Assembly (NCBI GenBank): GCA_965226795.1
Contig: CBDDDZ010000005.1
Location: forward strand, 1,408,001 to 1,472,000
Reading direction: 5' to 3'
From: Candidatus Latescibacterota bacterium
GTDB taxonomy: Bacteria; Latescibacterota; UBA2968; GCA-2709665
DNA length: 64,000 nt
The position numbers and the translations under genes are program-made. Under the pieces are notes generated by a model, which saw only the letters and a list, made by a program, of their open reading frames with translations, was not told the origin of the DNA and did not search any database. Numbering within the stretch: the stretch's first letter is position 1; each line of letters begins with the position of its first letter. Shown piece by piece: positions 29,405-40,336 of this stretch.

Positions 29405-31327
29405 ATGAACTCCAATATCGCTCGATTCGTCAGGATTTATGTACGGCCGTTCCGGTTTCGCGTTGCACTGGTAATGGGGCTGGCCGGTATATCGGGCTCG
29501 TATTTTTATGTTCTCGGATTCATAACCAAAACAACGGTCGACGATGTACTGCAGATCCGGCCCGAAACCAAGGAGGCGTCCGCGGGCGGCGCGATTACCG
29601 GCCCGCCTGCAGCTTCGGAAAACAACCGTTCGGTGCGGGACCCGGAACGGATCCTGCCACACGGCTGGGAGGTCGAACGTCCGGCGGCGACGAAAAGCCG
29701 GACCGAAAAAATCAGATGGCTCTGGGTGGTGTTTGCCCTGTACCTGACAGTGCGGTTCGTGTTCGCGGCAATGACCTGGATATTCAACTACAATATCGCT
29801 TTTGTGGGTAACCGAATTGTGTATCGCGTGCGGCTCGATCTGCACCAGAAGGTACAGAAGCTGCAAATGACTTTCTTCGACAGGAAGCAGACCGGCAAGA
29901 TTATGTCACGCATACTGGACGATGTTCAACTGTTGGAAAACGAGGTAACCACGACCTTTGTAGAAGCATTCGGCCATTTGGCCAAGATCCTGATCGGCAT
30001 TGTCGTCCTGCTGCTGATAAACGTGGAACTCGCGGCGTTGTCTCTTCTGGCACTTCCCCTTTACGCAATTACCTATAAGTTGTTTCAACGGCCGATTACG
30101 GAGACTTTCGCCCGGATGCGGGAAGCCTATTCGGACACGTACGGGATTCTGGAGGAACGGGTTCGAGGCATCCGGGTGGTCTATTCATTTGCGAAAGAAC
30201 GGCGCGAAAGCAGGATGTTCTTTAAACGCCTGGTCTCCATATTCCGGCTTTCGGTGCGCAATTCAATGCTGAACGCGAGTCTTCGCGCCGCCTGCGCGTC
30301 CATAAGCGCTGTGGCCGTTGCGCTCATTTTCTACTGGGGCGTGCTGATGGTTCGGAGTGGCGGCCTGACGGTGGGCGAACTGATATTTTTCAATATGTCG
30401 GTTTCCAATCTGTTTATGCCGCTTGTGGCACTGACCAACGTGAATATGGTTTTCCGGCAGATGGCGGTCGTCGTCTCGAGGGTATTCGAAGTCCTCGACG
30501 AGGAAATCTTGATCCAGGATCGGCCGGACGCGGTTCGGTTGAAGCGGGTCCACGGAAGGGTGGCGTTTCGGAACGTCTGGTTCCGGTACACCACCCAGGG
30601 AGAAGAAGTAATAAAGGGGCTGACTTTCTCAGTCATGCCAGGCATGTCCGTGGCGGTAGTCGGTCCTTCGGGAGCGGGCAAAAGCACGTTGCTGAGCCTG
30701 TTGCTGAGGCTCTATGAACCGACAAAGGGAAGCATTCTGCTGGACGACTACGACCTTCGGGACATACGCCTTTCGAGCATCCGCCGTCACATCAGCATGG
30801 TGCCGCAGGAACCGGTGCTATTCTCCGGTACGATCTCCCAGAATATCGTTTACGGCCGGGATGGCGCATCGCCGGAGCAGATTATGGAAGCTGCCAGGCG
30901 CGCGGAGTTGCACGATTTTATTATGAGTCTGCCGGAAAAATACGAGTCTAGGGTCGAAGAGGGCGGCAGCAACCTGTCCGGCGGCCAGAAGCAGCGTATG
31001 GCGCTTGCGATGGCGATATTGACCGATCCTGCCATCCTGGTTCTGGACGATACGACGTCCGCGCTGGACGCAGGCACCGAGGCCCGAATACAGGAGACCC
31101 TCGACCAGGTGATGGACGGCCGCACGACCTTCGTAATCACACACCGTATATCAACGGCGATTCGCGCAGACCTGATTCTCGTGCTGGACAACGGACGGAT
31201 GGCGGGCTGGGGAACACACGAGGCGTTGATGTCTGAGGATGGGGTGTACAGGCGGTTGTGCCTCCAGCAGCAGCTGAGAGCACAGCCCGATGGCGCGTCG
31301 GAGAACGTCTTCCGGCCGGAAGGGTAG
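29405..31327 (+). CDS. ABC exporter half (TMD+NBD), subunit 2
   Basis: GPSGAGKST, LSGGQKQ, VLDDTTSALD, ITHRIST. Confidence 0.93.
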   Translation: MNSNIARFVRIYVRPFRFRVALVMGLAGISGSYFYVLGFITKTTVDDVLQIRPETKEASAGGAITGPPAASENNRSVRDPERILPHGWEVERPAATKSRTEKIRWLWVVFALYLTVRFVFAAMTWIFNYNIAFVGNRIVYRVRLDLHQKVQKLQMTFFDRKQTGKIMSRILDDVQLLENEVTTTFVEAFGHLAKILIGIVVLLLINVELAALSLLALPLYAITYKLFQRPITETFARMREAYSDTYGILEERVRGIRVVYSFAKERRESRMFFKRLVSIFRLSVRNSMLNASLRAACASISAVAVALIFYWGVLMVRSGGLTVGELIFFNMSVSNLFMPLVALTNVNMVFRQMAVVVSRVFEVLDEEILIQDRPDAVRLKRVHGRVAFRNVWFRYTTQGEEVIKGLTFSVMPGMSVAVVGPSGAGKSTLLSLLLRLYEPTKGSILLDDYDLRDIRLSSIRRHISMVPQEPVLFSGTISQNIVYGRDGASPEQIMEAARRAELHDFIMSLPEKYESRVEEGGSNLSGGQKQRMALAMAILTDPAILVLDDTTSALDAGTEARIQETLDQVMDGRTTFVITHRISTAIRADLILVLDNGRMAGWGTHEALMSEDGVYRRLCLQQQLRAQPDGASENVFRPEG

Positions 31328-31407
31328 GCAGGCAGGCACGGCTGATACGACGGGCGGATTGGAGACGCGACGGCAACGATACCTGGCAGCTTCGCGCCCG
31401 CGCTCCT

Positions 31408-32181
31408 TCACCCGGCTTCGGATTCCACGTGACTGAGAAGGGTTTCGTCTTCGCCGCTGTACTTCTTGATGCAGAGATCGCAGTCAGGGCATGGCCGATT
31501 GTAACAATTCTTATGTACCCGGATGGGATACTGATGCTGGAAAGCGTCGCCGCAGCGCCTGGAACAGAAAATGAATCGGTCCTGGTAACTGCCGAATGCG
31601 GCGTAGACGACGATAACTTCCTCTTCGGTCTGTTCCAGGTTCTTTTCACACCAACTGCAAATGCCGGCCTGCACACGTGCGCGGGCGGCGCGTTTCTTCT
31701 CGATTTCCTCGTCCGACCACACATATTCGATGTGCTGCACGTTATCTTTGCTGACTTTCGCGCGCACAACGCCGTCGGTAATGCCCAGGATATAGTCACC
31801 CTGAGTGTCGAAAGTGGTGCCGCATTCGATGTCGTGCCCGGTTTTAAGGTGTATGATGGACTTGCCCTCTTCCGGCGAAATGAAAGAAAACCAGCCGCAG
31901 CTTGCGCAGACACTGGTGAAGAGAAACTGCCGCGCCTTATTGCCGCACGACGGACAACGGCCTTCCTCCATCATACGGATGTCGTGGAGCGTGGTTTTGG
32001 CGGCTTTCTTGACGGCGGCGCTGATTTCCTCCATGGTCTCGTCGAGGTCGTCAGAGTCCTTCTCGCCAAGCAGACTCATGGCTTCTTCGGCTTCTTCTGC
32101 CTGTCCCTCAATAACGATCTGTCTCTCACGACTCGAAGCCGGATTCTCTTCCTCGTCACGCTTGAAGATGCCCTTCAGCAT
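31408..32181 (-). CDS. Hypothetical cysteine-rich, probable multi-zinc-finger protein
   Basis: CPSC/CASC, CSWC...FCSRRC, HKNC...CPDCDLC; coherent codon pattern. Confidence 0.72.
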   Translation of the reverse strand: MLKGIFKRDEEENPASSRERQIVIEGQAEEAEEAMSLLGEKDSDDLDETMEEISAAVKKAAKTTLHDIRMMEEGRCPSCGNKARQFLFTSVCASCGWFSFISPEEGKSIIHLKTGHDIECGTTFDTQGDYILGITDGVVRAKVSKDNVQHIEYVWSDEEIEKKRAARARVQAGICSWCEKNLEQTEEEVIVVYAAFGSYQDRFIFCSRRCGDAFQHQYPIRVHKNCYNRPCPDCDLCIKKYSGEDETLLSHVESEAG

Positions 32182-32403
32182 AAGGCCGCACCCCAATCTG
32201 AAGCCAACACGAACACGTTGTTGTCAACGTTGAGTCCGCAGGCGAACTTCCAGTCTGGCCGACGCCCGTCCGGAATCCTGCGTTTTTCTCTACAGTGTGG
32301 GCTTTCAATAGAAAGTCAGTAAACACGGATACACCTTTTCTAAATATAACGGTGGTTTACCGATAAGTCAATCTCCGGGGCACGAACCCGCATATTGGCA
32401 AAT

Positions 32404-33174
32404 TCAAAGGCGCCGCAGGTGGAATCCGCCGTCGACGGGGATCGCCGCCCCAGTAGTGAAGTCGAAATACCCCAGGGCGACAGCGGCTACGGCTTTCCCG
32501 ACGTCTTCGGGCAGACCCCAGCGCCGGATAGGCGTTAAGCCGTCCGCAATCCGCCGGTCATAGGTTTCTCTGACCGGGCCGGTCATATCGGTCTTGATAA
32601 TGCCGGGCTGGATCTCATTTACGGTGATTCCGTGCTCCGCCAACCTACTTGCAAAAAGCGCGGTTACCATGCTGAGGCCAGCCTTGGATACACAATACTC
32701 GCCTCTGGATGTGGAGCTTGCGAACGCTGAGATTGACGTGACGTTTACGATTCTGGCCTTCGGCACAATCTTATTCCTGGTTAACTGAATCATGTGGTTG
32801 GCCGCCAGTTGGGTCAGGAAGTAGGGGCCCTTGAGGTTGGTATTGAGAACTTCATCGTAACTCTCGGGCGTGGCTTCCAGAATATCCGTGCGGGTTCGCG
32901 GGGCAATGCCGGCGTTGTTAACGAGCAGGTCGAGACGGCCGAAACCATCCATTGTAAAATCAATCAGGCGCCGACTATCCTCGGGAACCGCGACAGACGC
33001 CCTGCAGATACGCGGCCGGCGATTTCGTTTCTCGACCTCGCCGGCCGTCTGTTCCGCGGCTTCCCGGTTTTTTTCGTAGTTGACAACGATATCATAACCG
33101 GCGTCGGCCAGACAAACGGCAATGGCGCTGCCGATACCCCGGCTCGAGCCCGTAACGAGTGCGACAGGGGCCAT
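32404..33174 (-). CDS. SDR oxidoreductase (3-ketoacyl-ACP reductase-like)
   Basis: TGSSRGIG, NNAG, YCVSK, VDGG. Confidence 0.92.
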   Translation of the reverse strand: MAPVALVTGSSRGIGSAIAVCLADAGYDIVVNYEKNREAAEQTAGEVEKRNRRPRICRASVAVPEDSRRLIDFTMDGFGRLDLLVNNAGIAPRTRTDILEATPESYDEVLNTNLKGPYFLTQLAANHMIQLTRNKIVPKARIVNVTSISAFASSTSRGEYCVSKAGLSMVTALFASRLAEHGITVNEIQPGIIKTDMTGPVRETYDRRIADGLTPIRRWGLPEDVGKAVAAVALGYFDFTTGAAIPVDGGFHLRRL

Positions 33175-33573
33175 GGTTTTTCCCCGTTGTTGGTGGGCGG
33201 AAGCCATTGACGGGTCCGGGAAATACAACGATTCCGGCAGCTTCCACCGTTTTCGTCAATCTTGTGAAAGCTTGACAGAGAGTCCCGATGTCTCTACGGA
33301 GTTTGTTTAAACACGGGGACGAGGCGAGACTCCGTGTTTCCCGCCTTAAAGATATGAATTTCTTCTCTCTGGTGTGGTTTTTTTGGGATGTGGGCATCGA
33401 ATGGGCCCCGGATTCCATCTTTAATCCGCACCAAGAATCCGGGCGGGCACGAGTCGTACGATAACGTCCGCATTGCCGGCCTATTTTCCTCATGGTGCGA
33501 CGATCTGTCGCCTATTTCGGTGTCCAGTCAAGAAGAAAGCGCGAATCGCGATTTTTGCTAAAGGAGGTACGAA

Positions 33574-34344
33574 TTGAGAAATCTCAAATTGGGAAGGTTT
33601 GCGGGTAAGGTGGCCATTGTTACGGGTGCATCTTCCGGTATTGGCGAGGGTACGGCGAATCTGCTCGCCGCCGAGGGCGCCCGTGTCATCGTGGCGGATC
33701 TGGACGTGGAGGGCGGTCAGCGGACCGTGGACAGGATTGCAACCGGCGGCGGCGAGGCGGTATTTGTCGAAGCCGACGTGAGCGAGGCTGCGCAGGTGCA
33801 GCAAATGGTGGCGCAAACCGTGGAAGTATTCGGCAGGCTGGATATTCTGCACAACAACGCGATCTGGTACGAAAACGCACCGGCCACCGAGTTGGAGGAA
33901 ACCGTGTGGGACAGGACGTTAAACACGGGTCTGAAAGCAATCTTTCTCGCGGCCAAGTACGCCATACCGGCAATGTTGAAGACAGGTGGCGGGTCGATTG
34001 TAAACACGGGTTCGGTGCACTCCCTTGTCGGGTTTGAGACCCATACGGCCTACGATGCCGCCAAAGCCGGGGTACTGGGCATTACTAGGGTCCTGGCGCT
34101 GGACTACGGGCCCGCAATCCGTGTAAACGCCGTGCTGCCCGGCGCGATTCTGACGCCGCTCTGGGACCGGATGAAGGTCACTGCGGATGATCGACGCCGG
34201 CTTGCCGAAATGGTGCCGGCCAAACGGCTGGGCACGGCTGCCGACATCGCGAACGCCGTCCTTTTCCTGGCCTCCGACGAGGCGTCGTTTGTTACCGGAG
34301 CGTCGCTCGTCGTGGATGGGGGAATGCTGGCGCGAACGATGTAA
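33574..34344 (+). CDS. SDR oxidoreductase
   Basis: TGASSGIG, HNNA, YDAAK, IRVNAVLPG, VDGG. Confidence 0.92.
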   Translation: MRNLKLGRFAGKVAIVTGASSGIGEGTANLLAAEGARVIVADLDVEGGQRTVDRIATGGGEAVFVEADVSEAAQVQQMVAQTVEVFGRLDILHNNAIWYENAPATELEETVWDRTLNTGLKAIFLAAKYAIPAMLKTGGGSIVNTGSVHSLVGFETHTAYDAAKAGVLGITRVLALDYGPAIRVNAVLPGAILTPLWDRMKVTADDRRRLAEMVPAKRLGTAADIANAVLFLASDEASFVTGASLVVDGGMLARTM

Positions 34345-34510
34345 AACAGCACGCCAAATCGCCGATAATGTCTCCCGCTTCGGAGCGCAGAATCCGGAAT
34401 TGGCTCAGGACAAGGCCGGACAACTGCAATCTGGATCGTGCGCCCGGGCGCGGGTTCACAGAATAACCCTCGCGCGTTCGTGAACGGCGCGACACATGAC
34501 GCGGTCCGAA

Positions 34511-36244
34511 TCAGGTGTCGGTATGCCGGCGTGAAACCCTCAGCCGGGTGGTGGCCTCTCCGTCCACTTCAAGCGTGTCCGGTTTGATCACAACGCCATA
34601 TTCCGTTTCAGCAGTCTCCCTGCAGTAATACCCTCGTCTCACGTCTTCCAGGACCGCTTTTACCGATCGGGCAACGGGAGCGCCGTATCCGCCACCACCG
34701 GGGGTTTCAAGGCGGAGGCAATCGCCTTCAATCATGTGGATGCCTTCGTCCTTGGTGATGTGCGGAGGGCGGTATGCTTCCCCGCGTAGCGTGAAGGTGT
34801 GCTCGGCCGGTTTCCCCTGCTTGCCACCGAGCACCCCGAAGGGTCGGAATCGTCCCCGGTCTCCCAGCAGCGAAGCGCTCGCCTCACCGCGCCGGAGCCG
34901 GAACTCGAGGACGACGCCGAATCCGCCCCGGCGGCAGCCAGGGCCACCGGAGTCCTCACGAATGGCGTACGTCTTGAAGAGAACCGGGTACCGGGATTCG
35001 AAGATCTCCAGAGCCTGTGTGCGGGCTACTGCGATGGTGGGATTGCCGTTGGTGAGCCCGTCCGTCAGGAAGTTGCCGCCATAGCCCCCGCCAATAAAGG
35101 AGTAAAAGACGAAATATCCCCGTTCCGGATCGTCTCCGCCAACGGAGAGATTTGTGACGGTTCCCATGGGGCCGGCGTAACAGCGGTCAGGCAAGGCCTG
35201 GCTCATTGCGCCCAGTACTGTGTCGATCACGCGCTGACAGACTTCCGCCGCACAGCCCGAGACGGGACGCGGCGGCAGGGCGTGGAGAAAGGTGGTGGAT
35301 GGAATATTGAAGGTAAAGGGTTTGAAACAACCCCTGTTGATGGGAACATCCGGGAAGAAATGTTTGAAGGCAATGTAGACACCGGCCATCGTCGTGCTCA
35401 AGACGCTGTTGAGCGGCCCTCGACATGCCGGGCTGCTGTCCGAAAGGTCAATGTGAACGCTGTCGCCGTCAACCGTCATCTCAAGATGGATATGAAGCGG
35501 CTTCCAATCCACGCCGTCGCTGTCCACGTACTCGTCGAAGGTATAACGTCCGTCTGGAATGGTTGAGATGTGCTTCCGCATCAGCCGCTCGGAACGAAGT
35601 TCCAATTCGTTGACAATCTGGAACAAGGTCGCTTCTCCGTAGCGATTCATTAGAGCTGTCAGCCGATCTGAACCTAGGTTCAGCGACGCGACCTGAGCGA
35701 TGATATCCCCCTGGCGTTCGTCGGGTACACGTACGTTGTGCAAACTGATGTCGACCACTTCCTGATTGAGTTTGCCTTTGTCCATAAGCTTGAGAGGGGG
35801 CAGCCGCAGGCCTTCCTGATATACCTCCGTGGCTTTCGTAGAAAAGCCGCCCGGCACACGGCCGCCAATGTCAGGCCAGTGCCCGCTGTTGGCCAGGTAG
35901 AACGCGAGCTTTTTCCCATAGAAGAAAGGTTTGATCAATTTGACATCCATCAAATGGGTGCCGCCAAGGTAGGGGTCATTGACAATATAGAGGTCGCCCT
36001 CGGCGGGCGCCTTGAAACGGGCGATCGTTGAACGCACCGTGTGTTGCATAACGCAGATGAAATTCGGCAGGCCGCGCGGCCCCTGTGCGATAACGGAGCC
36101 GTCGTTCGCGGCATAGATACCGCTGGCCCGGTCGAGGCCGTCTGAAATCACCGGCGAAAAAGCCATGCGTTCCAGCGTGGCATCCATTTCATCCGCGATT
36201 TGTTCCAGGCTGCCGCGAACGACAGCCAGCGTGATCGGGTCCAT
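34511..36244 (-). CDS. Hydantoinase B / oxoprolinase family subunit
   Basis: MDPITL, NDPYLGGTHLMD, HWPDIGG, EGLRLPP, ETPGGGGYG. Confidence 0.92.
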   Translation of the reverse strand: MDPITLAVVRGSLEQIADEMDATLERMAFSPVISDGLDRASGIYAANDGSVIAQGPRGLPNFICVMQHTVRSTIARFKAPAEGDLYIVNDPYLGGTHLMDVKLIKPFFYGKKLAFYLANSGHWPDIGGRVPGGFSTKATEVYQEGLRLPPLKLMDKGKLNQEVVDISLHNVRVPDERQGDIIAQVASLNLGSDRLTALMNRYGEATLFQIVNELELRSERLMRKHISTIPDGRYTFDEYVDSDGVDWKPLHIHLEMTVDGDSVHIDLSDSSPACRGPLNSVLSTTMAGVYIAFKHFFPDVPINRGCFKPFTFNIPSTTFLHALPPRPVSGCAAEVCQRVIDTVLGAMSQALPDRCYAGPMGTVTNLSVGGDDPERGYFVFYSFIGGGYGGNFLTDGLTNGNPTIAVARTQALEIFESRYPVLFKTYAIREDSGGPGCRRGGFGVVLEFRLRRGEASASLLGDRGRFRPFGVLGGKQGKPAEHTFTLRGEAYRPPHITKDEGIHMIEGDCLRLETPGGGGYGAPVARSVKAVLEDVRRGYYCRETAETEYGVVIKPDTLEVDGEATTRLRVSRRHTDT

Positions 36245-36302
36245 GACAAGGGTGTTCCCGGTCGAAATTACGACGTCCGGCGGCCGTGCGCCCGACCAGC
36301 GG

Positions 36303-38399
36303 CTACGCTGGAGCGTGGCGTGTATGCTCCGCACGGGTTGACTCAATGAGAAAGCTGCCGCCGCCCAACACGCGGGCGCGGATGGATGGATCCAGCCAGA
36401 CGGTTGTATCGGATTGTTCGATGACGGCCGGCCCGGTCAGTTCAGAATCCCAGGGAATTCTGGAACGCTCGTAGGTAGGGCACCGAACGAAACGGTCGTC
36501 GACCCAGACGTCGCGGCTTCCCTTGTAGGCCTGATCCAGCGTTGTCCTCGGCGGGGTCAGAAATGAACCCAGAGAACGGTGTTTCCTCATGCCTATAATA
36601 GAGGTCCGCAGGTTGAATAGTCGAACGGGAATGCCGTCCAGCAAGGCCTCCAGGTGGCCGAAGCCGTCGTGGGCACTTCCGTAACGCTGAAGGTACGCGG
36701 TTCTGAACCGCAACGCGATGCTCTCGGGACTCACATCGCCACCCGGCAACGCGGTACGGATAACGTGGGCCTGGCCTTCGTAGGCGATGTCAGCTTCACG
36801 GAGCAGGTGAATACGGCTCAGGGGCAGATTTACCTGTTTCAGAAATGCTTTTCCCCGCGCCTGGTCATCATCGAAGATACGCCGGATTTCGGTCGGGTCC
36901 AGGTCGTCGATTCGGCGGTTGACCATCGTCACGTAGTCCCGTTTCACGTCCGCGATGGCGCAGCCCCACGCGGACGTGATGCCCGGGTGATAAGGGACGA
37001 GACCCTGTGGGATACCGAGTTCATCCATCAGAAAACCAATCAGCAGGGGTCCGCTTCCACCAAAGGCGAAGAGGGCGAAGTCTCTGGGGTCCCTCCCACG
37101 ATCGATAGAGATTCGCCGCAGGCTGCCTGCAATGCGGTTGTTGGTTACGGCAACGACGGCCCGGGCGGCCTCCGCCGCCGAGAGGCCAAGCGGCCCGGCG
37201 ACGTGTCCTTTCAATGCAGACCGGGCTTTCGGCAGGTCAAAGGAAAATCCTTCCTTGCCGGCAATGGGGTATTCGGGGTTGATCCGACCAAGCACAAGGT
37301 TCGCATCGGTTAACGTCGGAAGGTGGCCACCCCTTCCGTAACACGCCGGTCCCGGGTCCGCGCCGGCGCTTTCCGGGCCGACCTGAAGGATGCCGCCCTC
37401 GTCTATGCGCGCTATGCTGCCACCGCCCGCGCCCACGGTTTGGATGTCGATCATGGATAACAGGATCGGAATGCCGAAATCAAGCTCGGTTCCGTGGGTC
37501 TGCACAGGGATGCCGTCCGTCACCAGTGAGACGTCCAGGCTGGTACCGCCCATATCGTAGGCGATGAGATCTCGGATTTCGCTCTCGGCGGCGATGGCCG
37601 TTGCGGCGATTACGCCCGCCGCCGGCCCTGACAGTACGGTCTGAACGGCGTATCTGCCTGCCTCATCGGCGGGTACCATGCCTCCGTTGGATTGCATAAC
37701 GAGCAGATTGGTACGATAACCCCTCTGATTCAGGCTGGGTTCCAGGTTGTTTAAATAGCGACTAACGACGGGTTGGACGTACGCGTTCACGACGGCTGTG
37801 CTGGTGCGTTCGAATTCCCGAATCAGCGGGAGGACATCGGCAGACGCGACTACGTACAGTTCCGGATAGCGATTCTCAATAAGCGATTTCGCCCGGCGTT
37901 CGTGGATCGGGTTGGCGTACGAATTCATAAACGAGATTACGATGGAATCGACGTTTTCGGCTGTGAGTCTGTCTGCACACTCAATGACCGCGTCCTCGTC
38001 GAGCGGAACAAGCACCTCACCCTCCGCGGAAATGCGTTCGGTAACCTCCAGGCGGCGGTTGCGCGAAATGAGGGGTTCATAGGTTCCGGTAAGCCCGTAG
38101 AGATGGGGCCGGTCCCGTCGCCGGAGTTCCAGAATATCCCGGAAACCCCCTGTGGCGATGAGACCGCAGAGGCCGCCCTTACGTTCGAGGACGGCGTTCG
38201 TCGCTACGGTGGTGCCGTGTATGACGAGTTCGATTCCACTGTCCGCAGCGTCCAGGTCGTCTATACCCTCAAGCAACCCTTGCGAAGGATCTCCGGGTGT
38301 CGTGGGGACCTTCCTGACGACCAGGGACGGCCCGGAATCATCCAGAATCAGGATATCCGTGAAGGTGCCCCCGATGTCGACGCCAACAAGCCTGGGCAT
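36303..38399 (-). CDS. Hydantoinase A / oxoprolinase family subunit
   Basis: GVDIGGTFTD, HGTTVATNA, SGPAAG, DMGGTS, GAGGGS, SAGADPGPACY. Confidence 0.93.
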   Translation of the reverse strand: MPRLVGVDIGGTFTDILILDDSGPSLVVRKVPTTPGDPSQGLLEGIDDLDAADSGIELVIHGTTVATNAVLERKGGLCGLIATGGFRDILELRRRDRPHLYGLTGTYEPLISRNRRLEVTERISAEGEVLVPLDEDAVIECADRLTAENVDSIVISFMNSYANPIHERRAKSLIENRYPELYVVASADVLPLIREFERTSTAVVNAYVQPVVSRYLNNLEPSLNQRGYRTNLLVMQSNGGMVPADEAGRYAVQTVLSGPAAGVIAATAIAAESEIRDLIAYDMGGTSLDVSLVTDGIPVQTHGTELDFGIPILLSMIDIQTVGAGGGSIARIDEGGILQVGPESAGADPGPACYGRGGHLPTLTDANLVLGRINPEYPIAGKEGFSFDLPKARSALKGHVAGPLGLSAAEAARAVVAVTNNRIAGSLRRISIDRGRDPRDFALFAFGGSGPLLIGFLMDELGIPQGLVPYHPGITSAWGCAIADVKRDYVTMVNRRIDDLDPTEIRRIFDDDQARGKAFLKQVNLPLSRIHLLREADIAYEGQAHVIRTALPGGDVSPESIALRFRTAYLQRYGSAHDGFGHLEALLDGIPVRLFNLRTSIIGMRKHRSLGSFLTPPRTTLDQAYKGSRDVWVDDRFVRCPTYERSRIPWDSELTGPAVIEQSDTTVWLDPSIRARVLGGGSFLIESTRAEHTRHAPA

Positions 38400-38567
38400 G
38401 TTATTCCCTTTGCGGGGGGACCGGCTTCCGACGACGCTCGTGAATCGCAAGCGTGCTGACGGACGGGTTCCTCCTTTTCAATCTTGACCGGGCCGGGTAC
38501 TTCTCTTAAATTTGAAAGGGTTTGACCAGGGATCGATGCGAACTTTCGCACGTTGCGGGGAATCCGG

Positions 38568-39323
38568 ATGCCAAGAGGACATTGCCATTTTGCATTGCTG
38601 GCAGCCATGCACGAACGTTTTCACGCGGAATATCCCGAGGCAGCCACGCTTGCGGATGAATATACGCCGGATCTGCTCGCCGGCACGTGCGCGCCGGACG
38701 GACTGCGTTTTGTGGGGAAGAAAGATAAATTCGCCACCCACTTTTATACCGACGATCGCCGGGAGACGTGGGGGCGGTCGGTTGCGGGACTGTTCGGCAC
38801 GCATCCCGATCTGGCCGATCCCCGGCGCCTTTCGGGTGCGGATGTGGCGGTGATGCTCGGGTACATCTCCCACCTGACCGCAGACGAGGCGTTTCGAGAT
38901 GAAGTGACCGTACACGTTTACGGCGTTGAAGACTGGCGACCGATCATTATGGGTCTGTGGTCGATGGTGGACGGTTTCTCCATCGACAATGCCAACTATA
39001 TGACCGAGGTTCACCGATTCGGACGCAAGGACAGCGTTGGCTTTATCGATTGCAGGGTTGTGGGCCGATACCTGGACCTGATCAGACCCTGGGCGATCGA
39101 GGACGACCCCTGGGAATTGGAACGCATATTTCTCCGATTGAGACGTTGCGAAATGCCGGAAGACGAAGCGAGGCGGACCTGGGAGAAGAACGTGGAGATC
39201 GCGGCGCCATTTCTCGATGAATGTCGGCGGATGCGGTTTTACAGGGCGGCCGTGGACGCGGCGATGGCGGAGACCGTCCGATATCTGGAGGGGGATTACG
39301 CATCACCGGAAAGGGGTAACTGA
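38568..39323 (+). CDS. Zinc-dependent phospholipase C/nuclease P1-like helical hydrolase
   Basis: N-terminal His, LAGTCAPD, THF, LGYISHLTAD. Confidence 0.6.
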   Translation: MPRGHCHFALLAAMHERFHAEYPEAATLADEYTPDLLAGTCAPDGLRFVGKKDKFATHFYTDDRRETWGRSVAGLFGTHPDLADPRRLSGADVAVMLGYISHLTADEAFRDEVTVHVYGVEDWRPIIMGLWSMVDGFSIDNANYMTEVHRFGRKDSVGFIDCRVVGRYLDLIRPWAIEDDPWELERIFLRLRRCEMPEDEARRTWEKNVEIAAPFLDECRRMRFYRAAVDAAMAETVRYLEGDYASPERGN

Positions 39324-40336
39324 TGGCAACGTACCGCGTCGGTGTGATCGGTTGCGGAGGCATCGGCGTCGAGCATGCCGCGGGCCTTGCGCATCTGCAG
39401 AATACGACCCTTGCGGCCGCGTGCGACCTGGAGATGCTGACGCTTACGAGATTCAGAGACCGATGGCATGGTGAATGGCCCGAACTCGATCTCTATACAG
39501 ATTACCGGGAAATGCTGGCGAGGGAGGATCTTGATATTGTCACCGTGGCGACATCCGACGACCGGCACGCCGATCTGGTGGTGGATGCGGCCAACGCGGG
39601 TGTGAAGGGAATCTTCTGCGAGAAACCACTGGCAACCAATTTAGCCGACGCCGACCGGATGTTGTATGCTGCTGAACGCAACGGCGTGATTCTTTCCGTC
39701 GATCACACGCGACGTTTCCAACCGCTGTGGCGCCATATCAAGGAACAGATTGTGGATGGCGGGGAGATCGGGGCCGTGCAGTACATCGTGGGGGCGCTGA
39801 ATGGCCCGCGTGCCATGTTGTTCAGAAATGGCACCCACCTCGTGGATTCGATATGTTATTATGCAGATTCGGATCCGGATTGGGTGTTCGCAGAATTGGA
39901 AGCCGGGTATGAGGATTACTCGGAGTACAGGGGCGATGGCGGTCACGACCCGGCGACCGAGCCGACGGCCAGCGGCTATATCCATTTCGCCAACGGTGTG
40001 CGAGGTTTCTTTGCGGGTGGTTCGAAAGCCTCCGCGGATCCGAAGTTCAGGTGTGAAATTGTGGGTACAACCGGATATGTTGAGATCACCCGCGACAATG
40101 CCGTACTCATTCGCGGCGATGAACGAGAAGAGATTCAGGCGCCTTTGTGGCCCGTACGCGGTATTCGCGCCGGGGTAAGGGAATTGGTACGCCTGGTCGA
40201 TGAAGGCGGCGATCAGGTTTCCCCGGCAAAGGATGCGCACCGGGTCGTGGAGATCATTGTCGGGTTCCTTGAGTCGCAGCGTTTGGGAAATGTGCGGGTG
40301 GATCTGCCGATTCCTCTCGAGCGCAGGGGAACATAG
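39323..40336 (+). CDS. Gfo/Idh/MocA family oxidoreductase
   Basis: IGCGGIG, CEKPLA, NGTHLVD. Confidence 0.92.
   Translation: MATYRVGVIGCGGIGVEHAAGLAHLQNTTLAAACDLEMLTLTRFRDRWHGEWPELDLYTDYREMLAREDLDIVTVATSDDRHADLVVDAANAGVKGIFCEKPLATNLADADRMLYAAERNGVILSVDHTRRFQPLWRHIKEQIVDGGEIGAVQYIVGALNGPRAMLFRNGTHLVDSICYYADSDPDWVFAELEAGYEDYSEYRGDGGHDPATEPTASGYIHFANGVRGFFAGGSKASADPKFRCEIVGTTGYVEITRDNAVLIRGDEREEIQAPLWPVRGIRAGVRELVRLVDEGGDQVSPAKDAHRVVEIIVGFLESQRLGNVRVDLPIPLERRGT

Noticed and set aside
31326..31338. AGGCAGGCAGGCA after the ABC gene, and CAGGCAGG at 50096-50103
   Set aside because: Half-sites only, with no complementary arm, so not counted as palindrome copies.
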